DNA of 36,299 nt. It comes from Flavobacteriaceae bacterium (GTDB lineage Bacteria > Bacteroidota > Bacteroidia > Flavobacteriales > Flavobacteriaceae). The position numbers and the translations under genes are program-made. The stretch spans positions 1-36,299 of the forward strand of contig JABDPU010000140.1 in assembly GCA_013042625.1 (NCBI GenBank), in the 5' to 3' direction. The notes under the pieces were generated by a model. That model was not told the origin of the DNA and searched no databases. It saw only the letters and a program-made list of their open reading frames with translations. This document shows positions 7,040 to 15,247 of the stretch, piece after piece (within the stretch, counting starts at the first letter, position 1; every line of letters begins with the position of its first letter).

Positions 7040-8764
7040 TCAGTAACTTTTTCGCCTTTTGTTTCTTCTGTCAGGCCTGTTTTTTCGTTTCCTGCTTTGA
7101 TTTTTGAAAGTCTGGGATGCAGATCGTTTTCCCGACTTATTCTTTCTGCCTGGCTTTCTTTTTCTGTCACCATCGGTAATTTCAACATGTATACTTCTCC
7201 CCTTATATTTAAAGTCATTTAAAACTTCAAGGACCTTAGGTATTTCAGATAGTTCGGTGTTAAAAAATGAGAAATTGTTCTTGACATCTACTTTGAAAAT
7301 ACCATCTCGTCCAACTTGCAAAACATTCCTGAGGAAATCCTTTAGTTTCATCCAATCGAATCCATCACGACTACCGACATTTATAAAGAATCTTGCTGAT
7401 TCACCAAATGATTGTCCTCCTCCTGCCTGGATAGAACCGCCCTTAGCATTGAGGTCTTTTGCATTTTGATAATAATTGAAAAACCTTGAGAATTCAACTG
7501 AAAAGAATTTTTTAATCAACTCTTCCTTAGTGATATCCTCGAATAATTCATTGATCTCATGAAGGAAGGGATCGATCTCGTGATTCATTTCAGTGTCATG
7601 AACCTTATTCGCTAATGACATCAATTGTACCTGGCAGATTTCTTTACCATCTGGAATTTGCTTTTGTTCAAATGGCTTTTGGATGATCTTCTCTATACTT
7701 TGTATTTTCCTGGTCTCACTCTTTGAAATGATAACCATGGAAATTCCAGATTTTCCTGCTCTTCCGGTTCGTCCACTTCTGTGTGTGTAGGTCTCAATTT
7801 CGTCGGGTAATTGGAAGTTAATGACATGTGTAATATCATCAACATCAATCCCTCTTGCTGCCACATCTGTTGCAACAAGCATTTGAATTTGTTTGTTACG
7901 AAACGACTTCATGACCAGGTCTCTTTGATTCTGACTAAGGTCACCATGAAGGGATCCGGCATTATAGCCATCATCAATCAGTTTTTCTGCGACACGCTGA
8001 GTGTCTCGTTTTGTACGACAGAACACTACGGAAAAAATATCGGGATTGGCATCAGCCAGTCGCTTTAAAGCCAAATAACGATCACGGGCATTGACTAAAT
8101 AATATTCATGGCTGACATTTGTAGCACCTTGATTACGGGAGCCAACTGTGATCTCATCAGGATTATGCATGAATTTTTTCGCGATAATTGATACCTCCTT
8201 GGGCATGGTAGCAGAGAATAGCCATGTACTTTTGTCATCCGGTGTATGAGATAAAATAGAGGTAATGTCCTCATAGAATCCCATATTCAGCATTTCATCT
8301 GCTTCATCTAATACAGCATATTCAATTTTAGAGATATCAACCATCCTTCGGCCGATCATATCTTTCATCCTGCCCGGTGTGGCTACAACGATCTGCGCTC
8401 CCCTTTTAATCGATTTTGCCTGATCAGAAATACTGGCTCCTCCATAAATGGCAGTCACATTAAGGCCTTTATAGAATTGTCCGTAAAGCTTTAACTCATT
8501 GGTAATCTGAAGACATAATTCCCGGGTAGGAGCAAGTATAAGGCCCTGTGTGGTGCGGCTTTCAATATTTATTTTCTGAATCATGGGAAACCCAAATGCG
8601 GCTGTTTTACCGGTTCCGGTTTGCGCCAGTCCCACCAGGTCCCTTTCGTTTTCTAATAATAATGGAATCGCTTTGATTTGTACCTCGGTAGGTGATGTAA
8701 AACCAAGGTTTTGAACGGCTTGAAGAATTCTGTCTTCAAGTCCGAGTTCATGAAATGTACTCAT
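7040..8764 (-). CDS. deaD: DEAD-box ATP-dependent RNA helicase with a DbpA-like C-terminal RNA-binding domain and a highly basic tail.
   Basis: Q-motif (F..LGL......A...LGF..PT.VQ), AQTGTGKT, PTRELC, DEAD (VLDEADEML), SAT, VATDVAARGID and HRSGRTGRAG are all present. The C-terminus reads KRKPGRKNKSGKRS...RKRKNRPDRRNKRRK. Confidence 0.9.
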   Translation of the reverse strand: MSTFHELGLEDRILQAVQNLGFTSPTEVQIKAIPLLLENERDLVGLAQTGTGKTAAFGFPMIQKINIESRTTQGLILAPTRELCLQITNELKLYGQFYKGLNVTAIYGGASISDQAKSIKRGAQIVVATPGRMKDMIGRRMVDISKIEYAVLDEADEMLNMGFYEDITSILSHTPDDKSTWLFSATMPKEVSIIAKKFMHNPDEITVGSRNQGATNVSHEYYLVNARDRYLALKRLADANPDIFSVVFCRTKRDTQRVAEKLIDDGYNAGSLHGDLSQNQRDLVMKSFRNKQIQMLVATDVAARGIDVDDITHVINFQLPDEIETYTHRSGRTGRAGKSGISMVIISKSETRKIQSIEKIIQKPFEQKQIPDGKEICQVQLMSLANKVHDTEMNHEIDPFLHEINELFEDITKEELIKKFFSVEFSRFFNYYQNAKDLNAKGGSIQAGGGQSFGESARFFINVGSRDGFDWMKLKDFLRNVLQVGRDGIFKVDVKNNFSFFNTELSEIPKVLEVLNDFKYKGRSIHVEITDGDRKRKPGRKNKSGKRSASQTFKNQSRKRKNRPDRRNKRRKSY

Positions 8765-8900
8765 TCTTAAGTTAAGTATTCGATCTTGTTATAACATGCT
8801 GCATTAGAAGTGAATCGACATACTTAAACCTAAACTTCACACAACATTTCCTCACCCTGAGGACGATTGATACGCCTTTTTGATTATGGCGATCGAGGCG

Positions 8901-8908
8901 CAAAGATA
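8901..8908 (-). promoter_or_regulatory. Candidate Bacteroidota -7 box (TATCTTTG on the minus strand) for the helicase gene.
   Basis: It matches the TAnnTTTG consensus exactly and lies about 135 nt upstream of the ATG. I found no clean -33 TTTG, so support is weak. Confidence 0.3.
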
Positions 8909-8931
8909 GCTGTTATAAATCAATTCTTAGC

Positions 8932-9510
8932 TTAAATGTCATTTAAGTGTTTAATTAGCTCCCGGATGGCTAAACTTCTGTGACTGATCGCATTCTTTTC
9001 AGCAAGAGGCATTTCAGCAAATGTTAGATGCTGCCCCATAGGTTGAAAAATAGGGTCATAGCCAAAACCGTAATCTCCTGTTTTTCTCTCTGTAATTTGA
9101 CCTTCACAAATACCGGTAAAGGTTTTGAGTCCCGATTTCATTCTTAAAGCCATTACGGTTTTAAACCTGGCATTGCGATTCTTGACATGAGTCATTTTAT
9201 GAAGGACTTTATTCATATTCGCTTCGGCATCACGATCTGCTCCGGCATAACGAGCTGAATAGACTCCTGGTTCAGCGTTCAAAGCATCGATTTCAAGTCC
9301 GGTGTCATCGGCAAAACATTCATAACCGTAATGTTCATAGATATATTGGGCTTTTTGAATGGCATTTCCTTCAATGGTTGGTTTGGTCTCGGGAATATCT
9401 TCAGAACACCCGATTTGTTTTAATCCAACGATTTTCCAATTATCTCCTAACAAGGATTGAACTTCTTTTAATTTGTGTTCATTATTGGTGGCAAATACCA
9501 AGGTCTTCAT
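8932..9510 (-). CDS. rdgB: Non-canonical purine NTP (dITP/XTP) pyrophosphatase of the RdgB/HAM1 family.
   Basis: LVFATNNEHKLKE...ETG.T...NA..KA......G....ADD(T/S)GLE.DAL...PGVYSAR.AG...FGYDPIF are the usual HAM1/RdgB motifs. Confidence 0.9.
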   Translation of the reverse strand: MKTLVFATNNEHKLKEVQSLLGDNWKIVGLKQIGCSEDIPETKPTIEGNAIQKAQYIYEHYGYECFADDTGLEIDALNAEPGVYSARYAGADRDAEANMNKVLHKMTHVKNRNARFKTVMALRMKSGLKTFTGICEGQITERKTGDYGFGYDPIFQPMGQHLTFAEMPLAEKNAISHRSLAIRELIKHLNDI

Positions 9511-9712
9511 CCGTTCTTATTTTTTCAAAAATAAGCTATTTGAGATTGATAATTCTATTAAATTCCTGAGGATCAGCTCCTTTAATTGATGAAAATTTTC
9601 AGATTAAAATACCGAATATATAGCCCAGGAAAACACATCAATTTTTTTCCTTCCTTTCAACGGAAAAAGTGACGTTTATAAGCCCGTTTTTCGTAAATTG
9701 TAGTAACAAAAA

Positions 9713-11713
9713 ATGAAAGCAATACACCTAGCCATTTCTTGTGCAGGAAGCGGGATAGGACAGTCGATTGTTGATTCATGCAAGCTTTCCGACCTTCCAC
9801 TTGTAACCTACGGATTTGATTGTAATCCCAGGGCCTATGGTATATACGATTGTGACCAGCAAGTACTTACGCCCAAGATCAATGACCCCAATTATATTTC
9901 TGAGATCATTGAAATCTGCAAGATCAAAGGTATAGATATTTTCATTCCCGGAACCGATCATGACGTACACCTCGTTTCGAAGCATGTACAGTCATTTAAT
10001 GAGGCTGGAATTGAGGTGATAGTGTCTTCTCCTGAGTTTGTAGACATCGTCAGGGATAAGGAACAGACGAGCACTATACTGAATAAGGTAGCACCATTGT
10101 TTGTAAAAAGTTATAGAAAGGATGCCATTTTCTATGCTCTTCAACGGAATGAAGTTGATTTCCCACTTATAGCCAAACCCTTAGGTGGATCGGGATCGGT
10201 AGGAATACAAATCCTACTTGATCGGTCTGACCTTGCTCACTTAAAAGATGATGATGTGGTACAGGAACTCGCTGTACCCGCTACTGATGATATCAACTAT
10301 TCCTATTTCATGGATCAGATCAGTCTGAGGATCAACCCACAGGTTTCAGAATTATCAATTCATATGGTCACAGATCGAAATGGACGATTAATGGGCAGGA
10401 TGGTGACATATAATAAGCTGAAAAGCGGCGTTCCTATTGAGATTCTTCCGTATGAGAATGAGGAGGTATGGCAAGCCATTGAACCTCTTATTGAGGATTT
10501 TATTGAACGCGGTTGGAGGGGCCCGCTTAATATTCAGGGCAGGCTAACTGACAATGGCCTTAAACTCTATGAGATGAACGCAAGATTCACTGGAATAAGT
10601 GGATTAAGAGCGCATCTTGGTTTTAACGAGGTAGACGCCTGCATCAGGAGTTGGCTACACCTTGATGATAAAAGGAGTAAACTTACTTTTAATCCGAATC
10701 TGTTCGGCCTGCGTCAAACATCGAATATGGTCGTTCATTTAAGCAGGTCTCAGGAGGTTTCGGAATTGGTGGATATATTGAGTCCAAAAGAAACAAAAAA
10801 CAAGCAGACCTTGTTGATAACAGGTTCTACAACTTATCTCGGGTTGAATCTATTAGAAACTTTAAGTTCAGAATACCCCGAAGACTATCACATATGGGTA
10901 CTTTCAAGAGATGTTGAAAAAGCTAATCATCTTCATAACGACAATGTGCGCATTTTTGGATTTTCAGATCTGGAGCAAGGGAAACTGCCCATTGGAAATG
11001 TTGATTTCCTGATTCATACCGCTTTTTCCCGTCCGTTTAAATCAAAAGAAAACATTGCCAACAGCCTGAGGATCACTTCAAAACTTTTCAGTATTGCTGC
11101 ACAGCATCAGGTTGCTCATATCATTAATGTTTCTTCACAGTCGGTTTACGGCAGGATTGAAGATAAGCCATTGCGAGAGAGCTCAAAAATTGCTCCGGAA
11201 TCTATATATGGCCATGCAAAATATAGTGCAGAATTGATGCTGAAAGAACTGTGCCGCCCTCATAAACAGATTAAGCATACCTCTCTGCGATTACCCGGAC
11301 TGACCGGAGCGGCAAATGGAATTTTGGAAATCGATCCTGTATCAGAGCTTGTAAGACAGCTTAAAAACGGAGAGGATTTACAAGTGGACGGAGAATTGAC
11401 CGCATTTGACAGATTAGATATAAGGGATGCCGTCGCTGCGTTGATCGCATTTATTAGTAAAGACGATAAAAATTGGAAATCCGTATACAATGTCGGTAAT
11501 CCAAACCATGTTAATAGTAAAGAATTGTCTGAAAAAGTATTGAAGATTGGGAAGGACTATATTCCCGATAATCGTTCGATATTGAAATTTCACAATACAG
11601 GTACTGACGCAGAGCAAGGGATGGATTCGTCACAATTTATGGAACATACAGGATGGTCTCCAAAATACTCTCTGGAAGAAACGATAGATTCCTTATTCAG
11701 ATATGAGCATTAA
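9713..11713 (+). CDS. Two-domain fusion of an N-terminal ATP-grasp ligase (~aa 1-345) and a C-terminal extended-SDR NAD-dependent epimerase/dehydratase-like domain (~aa 365-666).
   Basis: ATP-grasp motifs are FPLIAKPLGGSGSVGIQIL, VVQELA and GPLNIQGRLTDNGLKLYEMNARFTG. SDR motifs are LLITGSTTYLG (a Rossmann variant), NVSSQSVYG (catalytic Ser) and YGHAK (YxxxK). It is a single uninterrupted 666-aa ORF. Confidence 0.75.
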   Translation: MKAIHLAISCAGSGIGQSIVDSCKLSDLPLVTYGFDCNPRAYGIYDCDQQVLTPKINDPNYISEIIEICKIKGIDIFIPGTDHDVHLVSKHVQSFNEAGIEVIVSSPEFVDIVRDKEQTSTILNKVAPLFVKSYRKDAIFYALQRNEVDFPLIAKPLGGSGSVGIQILLDRSDLAHLKDDDVVQELAVPATDDINYSYFMDQISLRINPQVSELSIHMVTDRNGRLMGRMVTYNKLKSGVPIEILPYENEEVWQAIEPLIEDFIERGWRGPLNIQGRLTDNGLKLYEMNARFTGISGLRAHLGFNEVDACIRSWLHLDDKRSKLTFNPNLFGLRQTSNMVVHLSRSQEVSELVDILSPKETKNKQTLLITGSTTYLGLNLLETLSSEYPEDYHIWVLSRDVEKANHLHNDNVRIFGFSDLEQGKLPIGNVDFLIHTAFSRPFKSKENIANSLRITSKLFSIAAQHQVAHIINVSSQSVYGRIEDKPLRESSKIAPESIYGHAKYSAELMLKELCRPHKQIKHTSLRLPGLTGAANGILEIDPVSELVRQLKNGEDLQVDGELTAFDRLDIRDAVAALIAFISKDDKNWKSVYNVGNPNHVNSKELSEKVLKIGKDYIPDNRSILKFHNTGTDAEQGMDSSQFMEHTGWSPKYSLEETIDSLFRYEH

Positions 11714-11722
11714 TTATTAAGT

Positions 11723-11752
11723 TTAATTTTAATTCAGTTAAAATTAATTTTT
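11723..11752 (+). terminator. A/T-only hairpin followed by a T-run after the ATP-grasp/SDR gene, possibly a weak terminator.
   Basis: TTAATTTTAA (11723-11732) and TTAAAATTAA (11738-11747) form a perfect 10-bp inverted repeat with loop TTCAG, followed by TTTTT. The stem contains no G:C pairs, so it is thermodynamically weak. Confidence 0.3.
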
Positions 11753-11829
11753 AATTCCTGATATAAATCATCTAATTTTCTCTAATAGAAATTTAAATTT
11801 ATAATGAACAATAAGTTAAATCACTACAT

Positions 11830-12129
11830 ATGAATATAAATATTGAATATGTTCGAATGGATAATAGCGAGGCCCTCAATGACTATGTAAGGGGTAAATT
11901 GCAGAAAATCAGCAGAAAGTATGAGTTTGTTATCAATGCTGACGTGCATTTCGAACATGAACAGGACCCGAAAGGCAAAGGATGTATTTGTAAAATGGAA
12001 CTTAGCTTACCAGGTCCGAGAATTTTTGCAACGGCCAATGAAAAAAATTATGAGATGGCTGTTAAACATACCATTGATGAATTGGTAAAACAACTTAATA
12101 AACGTAAACAGGTTTTTAAAACCCATTAG
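11830..12129 (+). CDS. hpf: Short HPF/RaiA-family ribosome hibernation factor.
   Basis: 99-aa ORF. The pattern I.......S.AL..YV..KL.K....Y.......V......(D/P).K.....E..L...G.....A.....Y.A(V/I)......L..QL.K.K is typical of sigma-54-modulation/S30EA-family proteins. Confidence 0.8.
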   Translation: MNINIEYVRMDNSEALNDYVRGKLQKISRKYEFVINADVHFEHEQDPKGKGCICKMELSLPGPRIFATANEKNYEMAVKHTIDELVKQLNKRKQVFKTH

Positions 12130-12157
12130 TTGAATTAGATAATTGATTGAATTGAAA

Positions 12158-12187
12158 GAAAAAGGGGCTCAGCCCCTTTTTTTGTTG
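12158..12187 (+). terminator. Rho-independent terminator of hpf.
   Basis: The sequence is AAAAGGGGC-TCA-GCCCCTTTTTTTG. The GC stem is GGGGC (12164-12168) pairing with GCCCC (12172-12176), followed by a T-run. Confidence 0.7.
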
Positions 12188-12318
12188 TAGAAATTAGATT
12201 TTTATTCTCTGCGAAGGCCCAAGAGCCTCTAACTGCATTTTAATAGGACGGAATAAAGAGGCCTCATAGGAATTACTAAGCCTGAAAACTCATTTGTTTT
12301 CAGATTCATGAGCCTGCT

Positions 12319-12792
12319 TTATTTGTGATGATAAGATTCTCCCCTGATAATTGTAAATGCCCTGAAGAGCTGCTCGGCGAAAAAAATCCGTACCATCTGA
12401 TGAGAAAAAGTCATCTTTGAGAGAGAGATACTTTCGTTAGCCCGTTTATATATTTCCTGAGAAAACCCATAGGGTCCACCGATTACAAAAACGAGTTGTT
12501 TCATCCCGCTGTTCATTTTCTTCTGAAGATATTTGGCCAATTGCTCCGAAGACATCTCACGTCCATTCTCATCCAGTAAAACCACAATGTCATTGGGATT
12601 GAGCTTTTTCAGAATCAATAATCCTTCGGCCTTTTTTTGCTGCTCGACATCAAAAGCCTTCCTGTTCTTTAAATCCGGGATTATAGTGAGTTCTGTCCGG
12701 GCATAATGCTTTAACCTGTTAAAATACTCATCGAAGAGATTGGAAACTTCCTTTCTATCTGTTTTTCCTATGGCAATTAGTTTAATGGTCAT
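12319..12792 (-). CDS. rlmH: 23S rRNA (pseudouridine1915-N3)-methyltransferase.
   Basis: 157-aa SPOUT protein. The motifs I.AIGK...........EY.KRL, LDE.G...SS...A, FVIGG.YG and LSLS.MTF.HQ(M/L).R..F.EQL(F/Y)RA..I..G..YH are diagnostic for RlmH. Confidence 0.9.
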   Translation of the reverse strand: MTIKLIAIGKTDRKEVSNLFDEYFNRLKHYARTELTIIPDLKNRKAFDVEQQKKAEGLLILKKLNPNDIVVLLDENGREMSSEQLAKYLQKKMNSGMKQLVFVIGGPYGFSQEIYKRANESISLSKMTFSHQMVRIFFAEQLFRAFTIIRGESYHHK

Positions 12793-13229
12793 TTCCTGTT
12801 AGTTCGAAAAATGGTTTCAACAATGCTTTTTAGTTTGTTGTAATCCCAAATTAGTAAATAAATATTGGCAAGCAACATTAAACCTGCAACATAAGGAGTA
12901 CCCTTAAAATGCATGGCAGTAACAATAATAAAAATATTGATGGCAATTGGAAAATACAGCAAAGCACCAAAAAATGAAGTTCTGGGTACGAGTAATAATG
13001 CTGCTGCCAGCAATTGTATAAGTCCGAGAAAATTCCAGTAGAACCCGGTTCGATACAGGGCTTCAAAGAAAAAACCAATCGGTGAATCCAGTCCCAGAAC
13101 GGTAAAGCGTTCTCCAAGTACTTTTTTTAATCCTGACGGAAGAAAGGCCAGAGCCAAAAGTATTCTGACAAACCATGTAAAAAGCTTGAAAAGTGTTTTC
13201 TGGCGAATTGTGTTGATTAGCTTTTCCAA
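12789..13229 (-). CDS. DoxX-like small membrane protein with about 4 TM segments.
   Basis: 146-aa hydrophobic ORF whose stop overlaps the rlmH start (an ATGA overlap). The pattern RILLALAFLPSGLKK...G..QLLAAALLL.PRT resembles the DoxX family. The apparent start is a TTG at 13227-13229 and is uncertain. Confidence 0.5.
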   Translation of the reverse strand: MEKLINTIRQKTLFKLFTWFVRILLALAFLPSGLKKVLGERFTVLGLDSPIGFFFEALYRTGFYWNFLGLIQLLAAALLLVPRTSFFGALLYFPIAINIFIIVTAMHFKGTPYVAGLMLLANIYLLIWDYNKLKSIVETIFRTNRK

Positions 13230-13340
13230 AACAATAGTTGCTCTATATCACGGACGAATGATCCCTGAAATTGTTACCGCTAAACCGGTAGTTAAATTGG
13301 GAAAAATACTCTAATTTCGTGAGAACCTAATTTACAAATT

Positions 13341-14198
13341 ATGATCAACAAGGAGCAATTTGAACATGAATTGACCTTAATAATTGACAATGCTATTCGG
13401 GAGGATGTTGGCGATGGGGACCATAGTTCACTGGCCTGTATCCCTGAGACTGCTTCCGGCAAGGCCAAATTGCTGGTAAAAGATGAGGGCATACTCGCCG
13501 GGGTGGAGTTTGCGCGAGGTGTATTTAAGGCGGTTGATCCTGAGTTATCCATGGAGATTCTGCTTGAAGATGGTTCTGAGGTGAAATATGGTGATATTGC
13601 TTTTTATGTTGAAGGATCTTCACAAGCAATCCTGAAAGCAGAACGGCTGGTTCTTAATGCTATGCAGCGCATGAGCGCCATAGCTACCAAAACACATTCA
13701 TATGTTGGTTTATTGAAGGGAACGAATACCAAAGTTCTGGATACGAGGAAAACAACCCCGGGAATACGAGCACTTGAAAAGTGGGCCGTTAAAATTGGGG
13801 GAGGAGAGAATCATAGATTTGCCCTTTATGATATGATCATGCTCAAGGACAACCATATCGATTTTGCCGGAGGAATCACTAAAGCCATAAACATGACAAG
13901 GGCCTATTTAAAGGAGACTGGAAGAGACCTCAAGATCATTGTGGAAGCACGGGATTTAAAGGAGGTTGAAGAGATATTAAGCAATAAAGGCGTATACCGC
14001 ATTTTGCTGGATAACTTCAACTACGAGGATACAAGAAAGGCTGTTGAGCGCATTGGTGATCAATGCCTTACGGAGTCTTCTGGTGGTATTACGGAGCAAA
14101 CCATCAGGCACTATGCGGAATGCGGAGTCGATTATATTTCCTCAGGAGCACTGACGCATTCAGTGAATAATATGGATCTAAGTCTGAAAGCGGTTTAA
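13341..14198 (+). CDS. nadC: Nicotinate-nucleotide diphosphorylase (carboxylating), also called quinolinate phosphoribosyltransferase.
   Basis: EDVGDGDHSS, AERLVLN.MQRMS.IAT, LDTRKTTPG.R.LEKWAV..GGG.NHR..LYD..MLKDNHI, and a C-terminal SSGGIT......YA..GVDYIS.GALTHS. Confidence 0.9.
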   Translation: MINKEQFEHELTLIIDNAIREDVGDGDHSSLACIPETASGKAKLLVKDEGILAGVEFARGVFKAVDPELSMEILLEDGSEVKYGDIAFYVEGSSQAILKAERLVLNAMQRMSAIATKTHSYVGLLKGTNTKVLDTRKTTPGIRALEKWAVKIGGGENHRFALYDMIMLKDNHIDFAGGITKAINMTRAYLKETGRDLKIIVEARDLKEVEEILSNKGVYRILLDNFNYEDTRKAVERIGDQCLTESSGGITEQTIRHYAECGVDYISSGALTHSVNNMDLSLKAV

Positions 14199-14199
14199 G

Positions 14200-15141
14200 A
14201 TGTCAGATGATGTTGAAGATAAATTAGAACGAATCCCGGTCATTAATTGGATAGTCAGGCTGCTGAAGTCGATAAAATTACCCGGCTTTGAAGGATTATC
14301 TCTCTATGATCTCATGGAGATGTACCTCATCGGAATTGTGGAAGGAGCCCTGACGACAAGGGCGAGTGCCATCGCCTTTAGTTTTTTCACGGCGATATTC
14401 CCCTTCCTCTTGTTCATTATTATCGTCATTCCCTATATACCCTTTGATAATTTCCAGGAGGATTTTCTGGTGTTCCTGGATTCATTCCTTCCACCACAAA
14501 CATCGGACTTCTTCAATGAAAATATTTTTGAGAACATCAATCGTAGTAACAGCGGCCGATTACTGTCAACAGTATTTTTGTTGTCGCTGCTTTTAATGGC
14601 AAACGGTGTTAGCGCAGTATTCTCTGGCTTTGAGCATTCCTATCACGATCAACTCACCCGAAATGTCATTAAACAATACTTATATGCAACCGGAGTGGCC
14701 ATTATTCTGGCCATCCTCGTTATTGTTACCGTAGGTGTTGTAGGATATTTTGAGATTTATGTCATGGAGAACCTTCGGGACTTCGGATATATAGATAGCA
14801 ACCAGGAACAGACAGGTATTAAGCTGGGTAAATATGGTTTCTTCGTGATTATGATCTACCTGGCCACCGCTACATTGTATTATTTTGGAACAAAAGAAGG
14901 AAGACACTCTAAGTTCTTTTCAATAGGGGCGTTACTGACTACCTTACTTATTTTGCTCACCTCTTATCTCTTCGGAATATATATAGAGAATTTCTCAAAG
15001 TATAATGAGCTTTATGGTTCAATTGGGGCCTTGCTTATCTTGCTATTCTACCTTTGGCTTAATTCTAATATTTTATTATTAGGCTTTGAACTGAACATCT
15101 CTATTCATAACCTGCGGAAAAAATCTCAGACCGATGAATAG
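14200..15141 (+). CDS. YihY/BrkB-family inner-membrane protein.
   Basis: 313-aa ORF starting 1 nt after the nadC stop, with six or more hydrophobic segments. RASAIAFSFFTAIFPFLLF and the C-terminal YGS.GALLILL.(W/Y)L.....ILLLG.E.N are typical of this family. Confidence 0.75.
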   Translation: MSDDVEDKLERIPVINWIVRLLKSIKLPGFEGLSLYDLMEMYLIGIVEGALTTRASAIAFSFFTAIFPFLLFIIIVIPYIPFDNFQEDFLVFLDSFLPPQTSDFFNENIFENINRSNSGRLLSTVFLLSLLLMANGVSAVFSGFEHSYHDQLTRNVIKQYLYATGVAIILAILVIVTVGVVGYFEIYVMENLRDFGYIDSNQEQTGIKLGKYGFFVIMIYLATATLYYFGTKEGRHSKFFSIGALLTTLLILLTSYLFGIYIENFSKYNELYGSIGALLILLFYLWLNSNILLLGFELNISIHNLRKKSQTDE

Positions 15142-15247
15142 TATATTGCTGTTTTAATGATAAGAAAGAAATAATATCACTCCTCATTGTTAACAACAAG
15201 GGTCTTTCAGACTTCAATTTAAAAACGAAACCCTTTACCTTTATGCC

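Noticed and set aside
7104-8068. Plus-strand and alternative-frame ORFs within the DEAD-box helicase gene (7104..7469, 7811..8068, 7693..7878, 7021..7222).
   Set aside because: The helicase frame carries every canonical DEAD-box motif in order. The overlapping ORFs have no motifs and have implausible composition.
9516-9540. A/T-only inverted repeat (CTTATTTT-TTCA-AAAATAAG) just upstream of the rdgB start codon.
   Set aside because: The stem has only one G:C pair and lies in an AT-rich divergent promoter region. Palindromes like this occur by chance at this base composition, and there is no further support.
12188-12318. Several short inverted repeats between hpf and rlmH that might indicate a small RNA. 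Examples are CTGAAAAC/GTTTTCAG near 12283-12304 and AGAGCCTCT/AGAGGCCTC near 12221-12270.
   Set aside because: The stems are short (6-8 bp) and lack U-tracts, and I found no promoter box. They lie where the rlmH 3' UTR is expected. This is not enough to call an ncRNA without conservation or expression data.
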